Of a DNA stretch of 64,000 bases, positions 27,184 to 35,955 are shown piece after piece (the first letter of the stretch is position 1; each line of letters begins with the position of its first letter). Position numbers and translations under genes: made by a program. Under the pieces are notes generated by a model. The model did no database searches, was not told the origin of the DNA, and worked only from the letters and a program-made list of their open reading frames with translations. Where the stretch lies: positions 152,044 to 216,043 of IMG/VR virus record IMGVR_UViG_3300032236_001859; one strand, 5' to 3'.

Positions 27184-30100
27184 TCAGGCGTGCTGTAAGG
27201 TGCAGGCTCCACCGGCACATGCCATCTCGGGTTGCGCCCCCTTGGTACCATCGGTTTCCTCAACCATCAGGGAGTAATCGACATCGCGCCAGTTCCGGGA
27301 TAGACGTTCCCAGAGATGGAGATTGTTGACTTCCTTGAGGCAATACGTCATCCGCTTCAGAGCAGCGACACGATCTGCATCGGGGGTAGATGTGGTCAGC
27401 AACGCTGGGTACTGGAAGTAATTTGTGGCGAACTGTACGGCCCTGCGGACCCAATCCTTCTTGAGTTCGTGGACATGCTCGTAGGCCTCACGGATGGCAT
27501 CGGGTAGCGCGTTGGGATCCGCGGGATACGGAACTCCGTTGGCAAGAATCGAGGCTTCACCGAGCCCCATCACGGTATCGCATGCCAACCAGAGGTTGTT
27601 ACCGAAGGCGTGGAGCCCATCGACGATGAGACCAGATGCAAAGAAGGCACCGCGGCCATAGCGCTCCAGGATTTCACTCTCGGTACGGACCTCACAGAAC
27701 GGGGCCTGGGGATAATCGAGATCCCCTGAGGTCCCCAGGATACTGACTCCCGTGAAGGACTCCCGGTGCTCGTAGATGTAACGTGCGGCGTCTTCCTCTT
27801 GGTTCTGACGAATCGTGATCGTGTTGGAGACATTGTGGTGCAGCCAGGGCTTCACAGCACGCTCGGGCACACTGCCAGCTGCAACCCAGTTGTCCTGGGT
27901 GAGCTTGACGTACTCGAGCTGCTTGAGCCCATTGACCTCACGCCGCGTCAGGGCTTCATCGGAGGCCTCGATGCAGAACGTGATCACCGCGGTGTTCCCG
28001 TTGGGTTCCCACACCGAGCGTTCAACGGCATCGGGGTTGTGAACCTTGAAGTATTGGAAGGGGGCCTCGTTGACGTTGGCCTGGGCTCTGCGGAAGTACC
28101 GCTTGGCGTGTTGAGCATGGATCCCACTCGATGTCCCGAGAAGGCATGACGTTGATCCCGCGGGTTTAACACAGGTCGCCCGTGCCGTGGGCCGGATACC
28201 CAGCCGGGGTGCCAGATCAGCGTTGACATCGAGGATGAGCTTGGCGAGGTCACGCTGCCGCTGGGGATCAAAGGACTGCGAGGGGTTGTCCATCATCCCA
28301 GTCATGGAGACCCCGAGGAGGGCCTCACGTTTCGCGATACACTCGCTGACATTACCGAGGTAGTCGAACTTGGTATAGCCGGCCTGGAGAGTGCCCAGGA
28401 TCGCCGCTGCGGTGCACGCACGTCCCCAGTCCTTATCGGTACGGCAGGCCTTGGCGTTGACTTCACAGAGATTACAAAAGCTCCACCCTGAGATCTCTAC
28501 GTTTGCATATTCAACGACTTCTACGGAATGTTCCCCGTTGATCTCATCGAGATCTTTGTAGGAAATCGCTGGGTACATCCCGGTCTCCACGCAGTTCGAG
28601 ACACTATGACCTCCTGTCCAGTAAGTGTGACTCTCATTGTCAACTGTGATATCATACACCTCCATATCACCAAGCGAAGTAACTGATCGAATAGCATAGG
28701 TATCCTGCGTGCGCCCTGAAATCCGTATGTCGCATGCAGCTGATAAGCGAGATACCTTGCTAGAGTGGATAAACCCTATCAGTTTTGCGAACTTACAACG
28801 GTCGACGCTGATATTGATGTCGTAGCTTTCTTTGCACTCATACACCCCATTACTAAACTCGACGTCGTGCGCCCTGTTAGTAGTGAAATAGCTGCGAATA
28901 CCGAGAGATGACAACGCAGTCTGTACATCATCTCGCAAACCAGGGCTACACGTCTTCAGCGTAACTCTATTAGCAACGACACTTCCATTTGCAGAGTACA
29001 GCCCACGTAAAACAGAACACAGGATATCCTGCCCAGATTGTAAAAACCGCTGTGGGATCCTACGCGATGGGATGGTTGGCATGTCTTCTTGGGTGAGCAA
29101 CGAGAAGTCTTGAACTTTGAACAGCCTGGTGCTCCCACCGTAACCCTCCCTGGATACCCATGGCATACAGTTGAAAATCTCCTGATCGCCCGCACCTATG
29201 TTGAGGAGTAGACCTCCCCCAGCCTTGTGCCACGTGCCATCGCCAAGCAACAACCCAACCATAATGTTTGCATCGTTATGCACAGGGGCTTCGCCGACAT
29301 CCGCTGTAAGCACGTCTATAGATTCTGCCAACCCAACCTCGACCTTCTCCCCATGCTGCTCCACCCGATGATTAGCCGTACCTACAAATACACCTGCAGA
29401 CGTGCGGTATTCCGATACCGGCTTTATTCCAGTGCTCCATTTCCTCAAAACACGAGTCCAGCCCTCGCGGCTCCAAATCACGCTACCTACATCGATATCT
29501 GCAAAAGTGCGCAAACCATCGGGGGTAAGAACAGTAGCACAGGCGGGTTGACAGGGGTTCACCATGAGCTCGGAGCTATCCGACCACACGAACCCGGGCT
29601 CCCCGTACTGGCGGCGTGCCAGCATGAAGATGTCATGGAAGGCTTCCCAAGTAGTCTCACCCCGGATCAACATCGCCGAGTTATTAGAACGCGCCCGCTG
29701 GGGGTTGTCCTGCATCCAGTTCCCAGTCTTCGCGTTCATCATTTCGGGGTCATCAACACTGAACAAGCAAATCGTGGCGCTACGACGAACCCCACCGGCG
29801 AGGACGGCATCCGAGGCGTGCATGATGATGTCGTAGACATCGATGGGGCGGAGGTGGCAGTCTTCACCATGGCACCGGGTCAACGCGGTATCAAGGACCC
29901 CACGAATCTTTTCCAGGGATGCCGAGAGAGGCCCAGGCCCTGGAGCCTTGCCTGCACCCGTGCTCAGACTCGAGCCCTGGTTACGGATGCGCGAGTAATC
30001 AAAGCTGACATGGCTGCCGACATAATCGGAGAAGAACCCGGGGTGCTGGAAGGACACCTTGGCATCATTGCCTGGTGCGGTTTCTTCGGCGAACTCTTGC

Positions 30101-30606
30101 ATCCCGACACCCAGGCATCCATAGGAGGCCAGGAGAACACCGAGGGCATCAGCCCAGCCTTCAACACTGTCGGCAACCGTGAACACCTTGATCTGGTGTT
30201 TATCCACCGCGATTAACTTGGGCAGCTTGGCGACGTGGTGGCGTTGCACCGAGAACCCGGTGCCGCAACCACAGAGCAGAAGATATAGGCATTCCTGGAA
30301 GAACCGGGGGCGATCCGCATAGGATCCCGAACAATTGAACGCTCTGGCCTCTTTCCTCAAGATAGGGGAACCACCGAATTGAAGTGCTCTCTGGGAGCCC
30401 AGGACCAGGCCATCTTTCATGGCTTCCAGACAGAAACTCAACTCGGCTTCGATATCAAACCCTTTATATTTCGTGCGGTGCATTTCGATGACGCGTTCAA
30501 AACTCTCACTTGGTATTTCGCGTCGATTCAGTTCAGGTAAAAATCGTCCATAAGACGCCGCGAACTTGTATGCTGCTAGTGATTGCGTGGTCATATAACA
30601 CTCCAT
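27184..30606 (-). CDS. nrdJ: Class II (adenosylcobalamin-dependent) ribonucleotide reductase, monomeric RTPR type, intein-containing
   Basis: SQRALQFGG, FNCS, LLCGCGTGFS, GGVRRSA, NP[intein]CVE, CNL, TCVKPAGSTS..SGIH and C-terminal CAGGAC. Confidence 0.92.
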   Translation of the reverse strand: MECYMTTQSLAAYKFAASYGRFLPELNRREIPSESFERVIEMHRTKYKGFDIEAELSFCLEAMKDGLVLGSQRALQFGGSPILRKEARAFNCSGSYADRPRFFQECLYLLLCGCGTGFSVQRHHVAKLPKLIAVDKHQIKVFTVADSVEGWADALGVLLASYGCLGVGMQEFAEETAPGNDAKVSFQHPGFFSDYVGSHVSFDYSRIRNQGSSLSTGAGKAPGPGPLSASLEKIRGVLDTALTRCHGEDCHLRPIDVYDIIMHASDAVLAGGVRRSATICLFSVDDPEMMNAKTGNWMQDNPQRARSNNSAMLIRGETTWEAFHDIFMLARRQYGEPGFVWSDSSELMVNPCQPACATVLTPDGLRTFADIDVGSVIWSREGWTRVLRKWSTGIKPVSEYRTSAGVFVGTANHRVEQHGEKVEVGLAESIDVLTADVGEAPVHNDANIMVGLLLGDGTWHKAGGGLLLNIGAGDQEIFNCMPWVSREGYGGSTRLFKVQDFSLLTQEDMPTIPSRRIPQRFLQSGQDILCSVLRGLYSANGSVVANRVTLKTCSPGLRDDVQTALSSLGIRSYFTTNRAHDVEFSNGVYECKESYDINISVDRCKFAKLIGFIHSSKVSRLSAACDIRISGRTQDTYAIRSVTSLGDMEVYDITVDNESHTYWTGGHSVSNCVETGMYPAISYKDLDEINGEHSVEVVEYANVEISGWSFCNLCEVNAKACRTDKDWGRACTAAAILGTLQAGYTKFDYLGNVSECIAKREALLGVSMTGMMDNPSQSFDPQRQRDLAKLILDVNADLAPRLGIRPTARATCVKPAGSTSCLLGTSSGIHAQHAKRYFRRAQANVNEAPFQYFKVHNPDAVERSVWEPNGNTAVITFCIEASDEALTRREVNGLKQLEYVKLTQDNWVAAGSVPERAVKPWLHHNVSNTITIRQNQEEDAARYIYEHRESFTGVSILGTSGDLDYPQAPFCEVRTESEILERYGRGAFFASGLIVDGLHAFGNNLWLACDTVMGLGEASILANGVPYPADPNALPDAIREAYEHVHELKKDWVRRAVQFATNYFQYPALLTTSTPDADRVAALKRMTYCLKEVNNLHLWERLSRNWRDVDYSLMVEETDGTKGAQPEMACAGGACTLQHA
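28594..29553 (-). mobile_element. 320-aa intein with LAGLIDADG homing endonuclease domain
   Basis: Begins CQPACATVLTPDG, ends YWTGGHSVSN followed by C+1; LLLGDG and GLYSANG motifs; YDITV block F; visibly more AT-rich than the flanks. Confidence 0.9.
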
Positions 30607-30638
30607 GTAGTCGTTGGTTTTTGTGTCACAGGGGTTAC

Positions 30639-30665
30639 ATCCTGTGGGGGTTTACTCTCAGTCAA
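30639..30665 (-). promoter_or_regulatory. Short-spacer promoter TTGACT-N15-CAGGAT with internal GTAAAC, upstream of nrdJ
   Basis: Read from sequence; same architecture at about ten intergenic sites. Confidence 0.6.
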
Positions 30666-30681
30666 GTCCGTTGGTGTCCGC

Positions 30682-30966
30682 CTAGGTGCGACGCCGGGTG
30701 GGTTGAGTTGCCGCGCGTTCTGTTTCCAGAATGGCTACGCGTGTTTTCAAGTCTTCCACTGAATTGAGCAGATCAACACAGAGATCAAGGAAGGGTGCAG
30801 TCTCCTTGAGTTTCTTTTTAATCGGAGTAGACGTCGACGGTGCACCCGGAGCCCGGGTTGCCGGAGTCTTCCTGGCACCGACGCCGCTACTGGCGACCAT
30901 GCGATCGGTGTGTGGTTTGTACTCCGTGGGCTTCCGCCGCGGAGTCTGACTAATCTTTTTTTTCAT
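30682..30966 (-). CDS. Small basic hypothetical protein
   Basis: 94 aa; ATG follows the previous gene's stop by one base; C-terminal coiled coil. Confidence 0.5.
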   Translation of the reverse strand: MKKKISQTPRRKPTEYKPHTDRMVASSGVGARKTPATRAPGAPSTSTPIKKKLKETAPFLDLCVDLLNSVEDLKTRVAILETERAATQPTRRRT

Positions 30967-30969
30967 TGA

Positions 30970-31164
30970 TCACCCGACGGCGGCCAGCGCAGCAGTAAAG
31001 GCTACTCGCGGGAATCTCACCGTGGCGGCATCGAGGCCTCGAAAGCGCACATTCACAAAGTTGGAATCGTCTGCGGGGGCGTACCAAGTGATCTTAGTTA
31101 GATCATAGGCGGGGCCGTTGGCCCCATTGGGATACCAGATTTGTGGGGATGTGACAAGCGCCAT
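30970..31164 (-). CDS. 64-aa stand-alone copy of the repeated beta module
   Basis: YDLTKITWY....VNVRF...VRFPRVAFTAAL matches the modules in 31237-31431 and the 1122-aa C-terminus. Confidence 0.6.
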   Translation of the reverse strand: MALVTSPQIWYPNGANGPAYDLTKITWYAPADDSNFVNVRFRGLDAATVRFPRVAFTAALAAVG

Positions 31165-31202
31165 ATAATTACCTTGATATTATCGGGGTCAAAGATGGCT
31201 GG

Positions 31203-31229
31203 ATTCTGGCAGGGCTTCCCGGGGTGCAA
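31203..31229 (-). promoter_or_regulatory. Promoter TTGCAC-N15-CAGAAT
   Basis: Intergenic between the two 64-aa genes. Confidence 0.55.
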
Positions 31230-31236
31230 GTCGGGC

Positions 31237-31431
31237 TCAGAACCCTGACCCCGCAGCGGCATCCCTTGCCGCTGCCCAGGCCACGGCATCAAAGGTGACC
31301 AGGACATTTGGTTGTGAGGCAAATCTGACTACGACTTTGTCGGTGCCATACGGCATCCACATAATGGCTTCTCGCACGTTATACGTGGAACCACCGACAA
31401 CAGGGGTAAAGAAATTATCTGTGAAAGCCAT
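31237..31431 (-). CDS. 64-aa stand-alone copy of the repeated beta module
   Basis: YNVREAIMW....VVVRF...VTFDAVAWAAA; start overlaps the stop of the 1122-aa gene. Confidence 0.6.
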   Translation of the reverse strand: MAFTDNFFTPVVGGSTYNVREAIMWMPYGTDKVVVRFASQPNVLVTFDAVAWAAARDAAAGSGF

Positions 31432-34400
31432 TATGACCTCGACTTCGACGCCTGCATGGCGGTCTCAAAGGCGTTGAGATCAAACCCGACGTTGACATCT
31501 GCGGCATCGGCGAAGCGAACCAGCGCAGGGGTACTCCGGTTCCATGTCGCCACCCAATCCAAGTTATAGTACACGCTACCACCACCGGGATTCCACCAGG
31601 GCATCCCAGATGGCAGCGCGGCCAGGAAAGTTGCACGCGCAATACGAATAGGCGGATTCACTGCACACTGGGGGTCTTCCGCCATCGCAGAGGACGCCAT
31701 CCAGACATCAACATAACCCAGGGCGGGGTAGTCGACATAGCGCTGAACAAAGATAACATTGAGTGTGGTCTGCCCCACGATTAGATCTGGCAACGCCGCA
31801 GCGATCGCTGGGCTTCCAAGTAAAGTAGGGCTACTTGATCTCGAGAAATCCCATTGGGTCAAGAAAGCGCTGCGACTCAGCGTTATAGGCGAATATGGGC
31901 TTCCGAAGAAAATCGCAGTAATGGTTTGTGTGTCATCTTTGAACGAGACAACCCAACGGAGATCATAGACGGCACCACCACTGGTCTGGAGTTCGTGTGG
32001 GCTCCCAAAGATCACGTTGTGGTTGTCGCCTTTGTCCTTGATGCCACTACGCGCATACACCGGGCTACCCGTGCTTGCATCACACCAGGCCACACCGAGT
32101 GAAGAATTACCCTTGATATAACTACTCGAGCTCGCACCAGACCTACTTACCAGATTCCACACACTCGCAGGCTGGAGATCTACACCTTCAATCTTGATCT
32201 GCCCGCCCCGCAAGGTGGCCCCTGCGAGATGCAGCAGTGCCGCCGATGTCAGGGTGAGCGCACCGTAGGCGTCGAGAACCCCGGCATTGAGGTCCACACT
32301 GGATCCCGCAAGCGCCGTGAAGGCCCCCGTGGTCAAGACGACATCATTGTATAGATCGAGAATCGTGCCGGCGCCAGAAACCAGAATGGAAGGGAATGCA
32401 GCGGGGAGCCCGCCGCTGACTTGAAACTGCTGGCGGACCCCACCAGTGAAATCAACTCTGGGGACCCCATTGGAGACCACGGTGACGTTAGCCCCAATTA
32501 CGAGCTTCCCAGTGAACTTTGCTAGGGATACGCCTACACCAGTGTTGGGTGCAGCCGCGATGCCCCAGCGAGTTGTGCCCCCGGTACGCCCCAGGGTGAC
32601 ATCGCCATAAGTGATATCGACGACATCCGCGTTTCCGACTGGGTAATCAAATAAGTAATCGCTACCAGCTCCGGCGACATACGTGTACGTGAAACTGGAG
32701 ATATTGGCGACGACTCCTCCACGTGCCTGGATCTGAATGACTTTGTTGCCTGATGTCCGCTTGGCAATGAGACCTGCGATATTCACGGTGCCGGGACCAA
32801 CGAACTGACAGTCAAGGTTCGCTGCGGAACCCGTGGATTCAACGGTGAGTCCACCTGCTAAGTTGACGCTCCCATTAAACGTGAGTCTGCATAGATTTGT
32901 CCATATACCCTTGAGAGTCATGGGCGCCGTGAAGACGTGGCCAGAAGGCACGGAATAAAGCGTGTTTCCGCTGGGCCCCTCTCGGAACTCAATTGGGCAC
33001 GTGAACACAACTGCAGTGGGTGCCGGCAACGGAGTCGACTTCAGGGTGTCAAGGATCAATGTGGATGCCCCGGCTATCGTACTCGAATCACCCGATATTA
33101 ACGTGGGATAGCTCGAGCCTCCACCGAGTAATCGTAGATTACCTGAGGCCAGCGTGAGTGTGACATTGGTACCCAAGGTAATACTAAGAAGATTCGTACC
33201 GGGGCCTGCCACTGTGATGGTCATCAGCTTCTCGGTACCGCCCATATTTAACACTGTGGAGTAGTTACATACCAACCGAGATGGGATCTTTTGAGAATCC
33301 GTAGCACTGAAGACTACTGTGGCCCCCACACAATCCACAGTCAGGATACCACCCCAGCTATTACTGACATCGGTCGCAGTAAACTTGGAAAGATCAAACG
33401 TGTAGTTGTCTCTGCGTAGTGTGACGTTCTGACTGGCGAGATTCAGGGTCAACCCAGTTTCAACAACCGTAAGTGTGAATGCCCAGACGAGCGCAGAATC
33501 AACGCGGAGACCGAGAACCTTGGAGCCCAGGGTGAGGTCTCCGGTACCGGTAGGGGAATCGCCGCCGATGGCGAAGTAGTGGTTTGTGTTCAGACCGCTG
33601 GCCGTGAGCCCACCAGCAAACGTGTTGGCCCCGGTGACATGGAATCCATTGGCGGTAGCCAATGTGTTCGCAGTGGGCTGGGATACGCAAGACAGCCCTG
33701 CGGAGTACCCGATCTCGCTGCCAATGATGCCCGACAAGTTGACCCGGCATCCCGCACTGATCGACATGATTCTGAACGTGCGAGTCCCCGCACCATTGAG
33801 CAGAGTTGTCGCACCGGTGAAATTCACCGTGCTCTGACCATTGACGTAGAGGTCAACTGTACCCCCGACTTCAATGGCACCACTGAACGTGAAATTCGTA
33901 TTGACCCCAGCCGGCATCGAGAGCGTGGAGGTCGTGTTCCCGATACCCAGGGCCATATTGGTGGCAAAGGTTCGAGTGGTCCCCGCAGTGATATACCAGT
34001 TGAAATAGGAGCCCTCGTAGAGGGACATCTTTCCGGTTCCAAATGAATGTGTGGTCGTCGCCCCGGAATAACTCAGAGAGAGCTGGACCCCTGCTGCGAC
34101 TATCGTGTTCCGGTGAGCCGGGAACGTCGTCGAGCTCGAATGGGTGTAGGTACCACCGTTGACATAGATGTCGTAGTTTCCAGTGACACTGCCTGTCGTG
34201 GTCAAGAACCCCGAACTCGTATTATCGATCGTAAAGTTTGTCTTGAGACGTAGCGGCGCCGAGATCGTAACAGTGTTTGAACCCGAGACCTGGTAGTAGC
34301 GTGAGATCGAGAGGTTACCCCCATTCGATGTCGCCAGGGTCTTCCCACCACTGGAGTCACTGGTGATAGTCAGGATCGTGGTATCCGCGTAAAACGTGAA

Positions 34401-34799
34401 TACCTTGGTACCCGAGTTGGTGATATGAAGAGTGGTAATGACTTGTTCTGCGAAATTATAGGTCGCCGTGGATTCGATGACCCAGCGCCCCGTGGCACCA
34501 TTTAAGGTCATCTCGTTGGAGAGCGCCAGCGCGGTGACCCCTGAAGCCATGACAGCGAAATCAAATGTGGCCAGACTGAGGGTGCCCGTGTAGCCCGTGA
34601 ACACAGCGGTATTCACGGTGAGGTTCGCACTCAACGTGCACGCCGCGTTGTGACCAGTACCACTGCCATCAAAACGGATGTCGTCGGCGGCTAGAGACCC
34701 CGCGGCAGCCGCAGTGGTCCCCCCGATGTCCGTGGTGTAGTTCTGACGCTTATTCGCGTCGGAGTCACCGACTTTGTTGTGCCAGTAAAGAGTGGCCAT
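31431..34799 (-). CDS. 1122-aa beta-helix virion/tail spike protein with three C-terminal repeat modules
   Basis: MATLYW start, T/G/S-rich parallel beta-helix composition, three ~55-aa modules at the end. Confidence 0.65.
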   Translation of the reverse strand: MATLYWHNKVGDSDANKRQNYTTDIGGTTAAAAGSLAADDIRFDGSGTGHNAACTLSANLTVNTAVFTGYTGTLSLATFDFAVMASGVTALALSNEMTLNGATGRWVIESTATYNFAEQVITTLHITNSGTKVFTFYADTTILTITSDSSGGKTLATSNGGNLSISRYYQVSGSNTVTISAPLRLKTNFTIDNTSSGFLTTTGSVTGNYDIYVNGGTYTHSSSTTFPAHRNTIVAAGVQLSLSYSGATTTHSFGTGKMSLYEGSYFNWYITAGTTRTFATNMALGIGNTTSTLSMPAGVNTNFTFSGAIEVGGTVDLYVNGQSTVNFTGATTLLNGAGTRTFRIMSISAGCRVNLSGIIGSEIGYSAGLSCVSQPTANTLATANGFHVTGANTFAGGLTASGLNTNHYFAIGGDSPTGTGDLTLGSKVLGLRVDSALVWAFTLTVVETGLTLNLASQNVTLRRDNYTFDLSKFTATDVSNSWGGILTVDCVGATVVFSATDSQKIPSRLVCNYSTVLNMGGTEKLMTITVAGPGTNLLSITLGTNVTLTLASGNLRLLGGGSSYPTLISGDSSTIAGASTLILDTLKSTPLPAPTAVVFTCPIEFREGPSGNTLYSVPSGHVFTAPMTLKGIWTNLCRLTFNGSVNLAGGLTVESTGSAANLDCQFVGPGTVNIAGLIAKRTSGNKVIQIQARGGVVANISSFTYTYVAGAGSDYLFDYPVGNADVVDITYGDVTLGRTGGTTRWGIAAAPNTGVGVSLAKFTGKLVIGANVTVVSNGVPRVDFTGGVRQQFQVSGGLPAAFPSILVSGAGTILDLYNDVVLTTGAFTALAGSSVDLNAGVLDAYGALTLTSAALLHLAGATLRGGQIKIEGVDLQPASVWNLVSRSGASSSSYIKGNSSLGVAWCDASTGSPVYARSGIKDKGDNHNVIFGSPHELQTSGGAVYDLRWVVSFKDDTQTITAIFFGSPYSPITLSRSAFLTQWDFSRSSSPTLLGSPAIAAALPDLIVGQTTLNVIFVQRYVDYPALGYVDVWMASSAMAEDPQCAVNPPIRIARATFLAALPSGMPWWNPGGGSVYYNLDWVATWNRSTPALVRFADAADVNVGFDLNAFETAMQASKSRS

Positions 34800-34809
34800 T
34801 GTGCTGGCC

Positions 34810-35436
34810 TCAGAACTTGATCAGACCGGTATGGTACCCGTAGGACTTCGAGGTGTAGTCTCCAAAGCAGCAGAGATGGAAGGCGGTGAGACTATCGAGG
34901 GCATCGGTCCAATCCGACTTCAGCCGCCCGGTTACATCCTCGGTGCCCCCAGATGGAATGCTTTGGATCCAGGACAACAACTTGATGTTGATCTCGGAGC
35001 TCAGGTAATAGGCGTCCTGGCTCAAGGTGACCACTGCGCGTGCAATGGAAAGGGCTTGGGAATTGATCTCATTGGCTGGTGTTGAATTACCGGCATCCAT
35101 CCAAACCGCGCATGTCGTGGCTACTGCTGACTTCGAGGTCTTGGGATCCACTGCTGCAATGGTGGGTGCGGAATCATTGTTGACGGAATAGAGACGCCAG
35201 AGATCGGTGCCCAACTTGTACCATTGATCCACGGTGCGGCCGTCGCCACGCCAGTTCTCATAACGCGCCGGGCGCACCCCAGGGGCGACACCAAGCGCGG
35301 GAGTCATGTCGGCAAGCCAGACATCACGGAATACTCGCCCGATCTGGGCAAGCTCTTTCTGCAAGCGTAGGATATTGCGCGTGGTGTCCTGAATGCGGGA
35401 TTCGGTTTCGCGTACCCGTGTTTCGATGATTGACAT
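34810..35436 (-). CDS. Hypothetical protein with N-terminal coiled coil
   Basis: 208 aa; AGGAG RBS; promoter-like motif at 35460-35486. Confidence 0.6.
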   Translation of the reverse strand: MSIIETRVRETESRIQDTTRNILRLQKELAQIGRVFRDVWLADMTPALGVAPGVRPARYENWRGDGRTVDQWYKLGTDLWRLYSVNNDSAPTIAAVDPKTSKSAVATTCAVWMDAGNSTPANEINSQALSIARAVVTLSQDAYYLSSEINIKLLSWIQSIPSGGTEDVTGRLKSDWTDALDSLTAFHLCCFGDYTSKSYGYHTGLIKF

Positions 35437-35459
35437 AATTGCGCTCCTATCGAGTCGAG

Positions 35460-35486
35460 AGCTTATGACCCCCTGGGCTTCAGCAA
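35460..35486 (-). promoter_or_regulatory. Promoter TTGCTG-N15-TAAGCT
   Basis: Intergenic upstream of 34810-35436. Confidence 0.45.
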
Positions 35487-35492
35487 GGCCGC

Positions 35493-35945
35493 CTACTTGG
35501 TCAGCGCGGTGTCCACGAGGGCATCCATCAGGGAATCCCAGTCGGGGTACTTGATCAGGCTGGGTTCAATGCTGGGGCCTCCAGCGGTCAATGAGGACGC
35601 GGGATCCAGGGAGGCCATGAGATCGAGGCGGACACCCCTGACGTACTCGGCGAGGAAATCGTATTTGTCGACGAGCTCGGCTTCGGCCTGGGCGAGTTCC
35701 CCGACGGCATACCAGGCGTGTCTGGCGTAACCCAGCCTGGCCTCGACGAGGAGGGCGCGTGCACTGCCGACGTGCTTGCGCGCACAGTCCAGGCATGTCG
35801 GCCTATTGGCGAGCTCAGACTTGATCTGCTCGATTCCAGCATCGAAGTCGACGGGGGCTGGCTTGACGCCGAACTCGACCTCCATGGTACGCGTGCGAAG
35901 CAGTGGGGTCGAGTCCTTGGTGGTGTCTGGATCGGTTTGCGACAT
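35493..35945 (-). CDS. Hypothetical CxxC protein
   Basis: TCLDCARKH...LGY..H...AVGELAQAE helical protein; AGGAG RBS. Confidence 0.6.
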   Translation of the reverse strand: MSQTDPDTTKDSTPLLRTRTMEVEFGVKPAPVDFDAGIEQIKSELANRPTCLDCARKHVGSARALLVEARLGYARHAWYAVGELAQAEAELVDKYDFLAEYVRGVRLDLMASLDPASSLTAGGPSIEPSLIKYPDWDSLMDALVDTALTK

Positions 35946-35955
35946 GGGTGGGCTC

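Noticed and set aside
15626-34799. Diversity-generating retroelement acting on the fibre tips
   Set aside because: No reverse transcriptase in the window and no near-identical TR/VR nucleotide pair noticed; the repeated modules are divergent at DNA level
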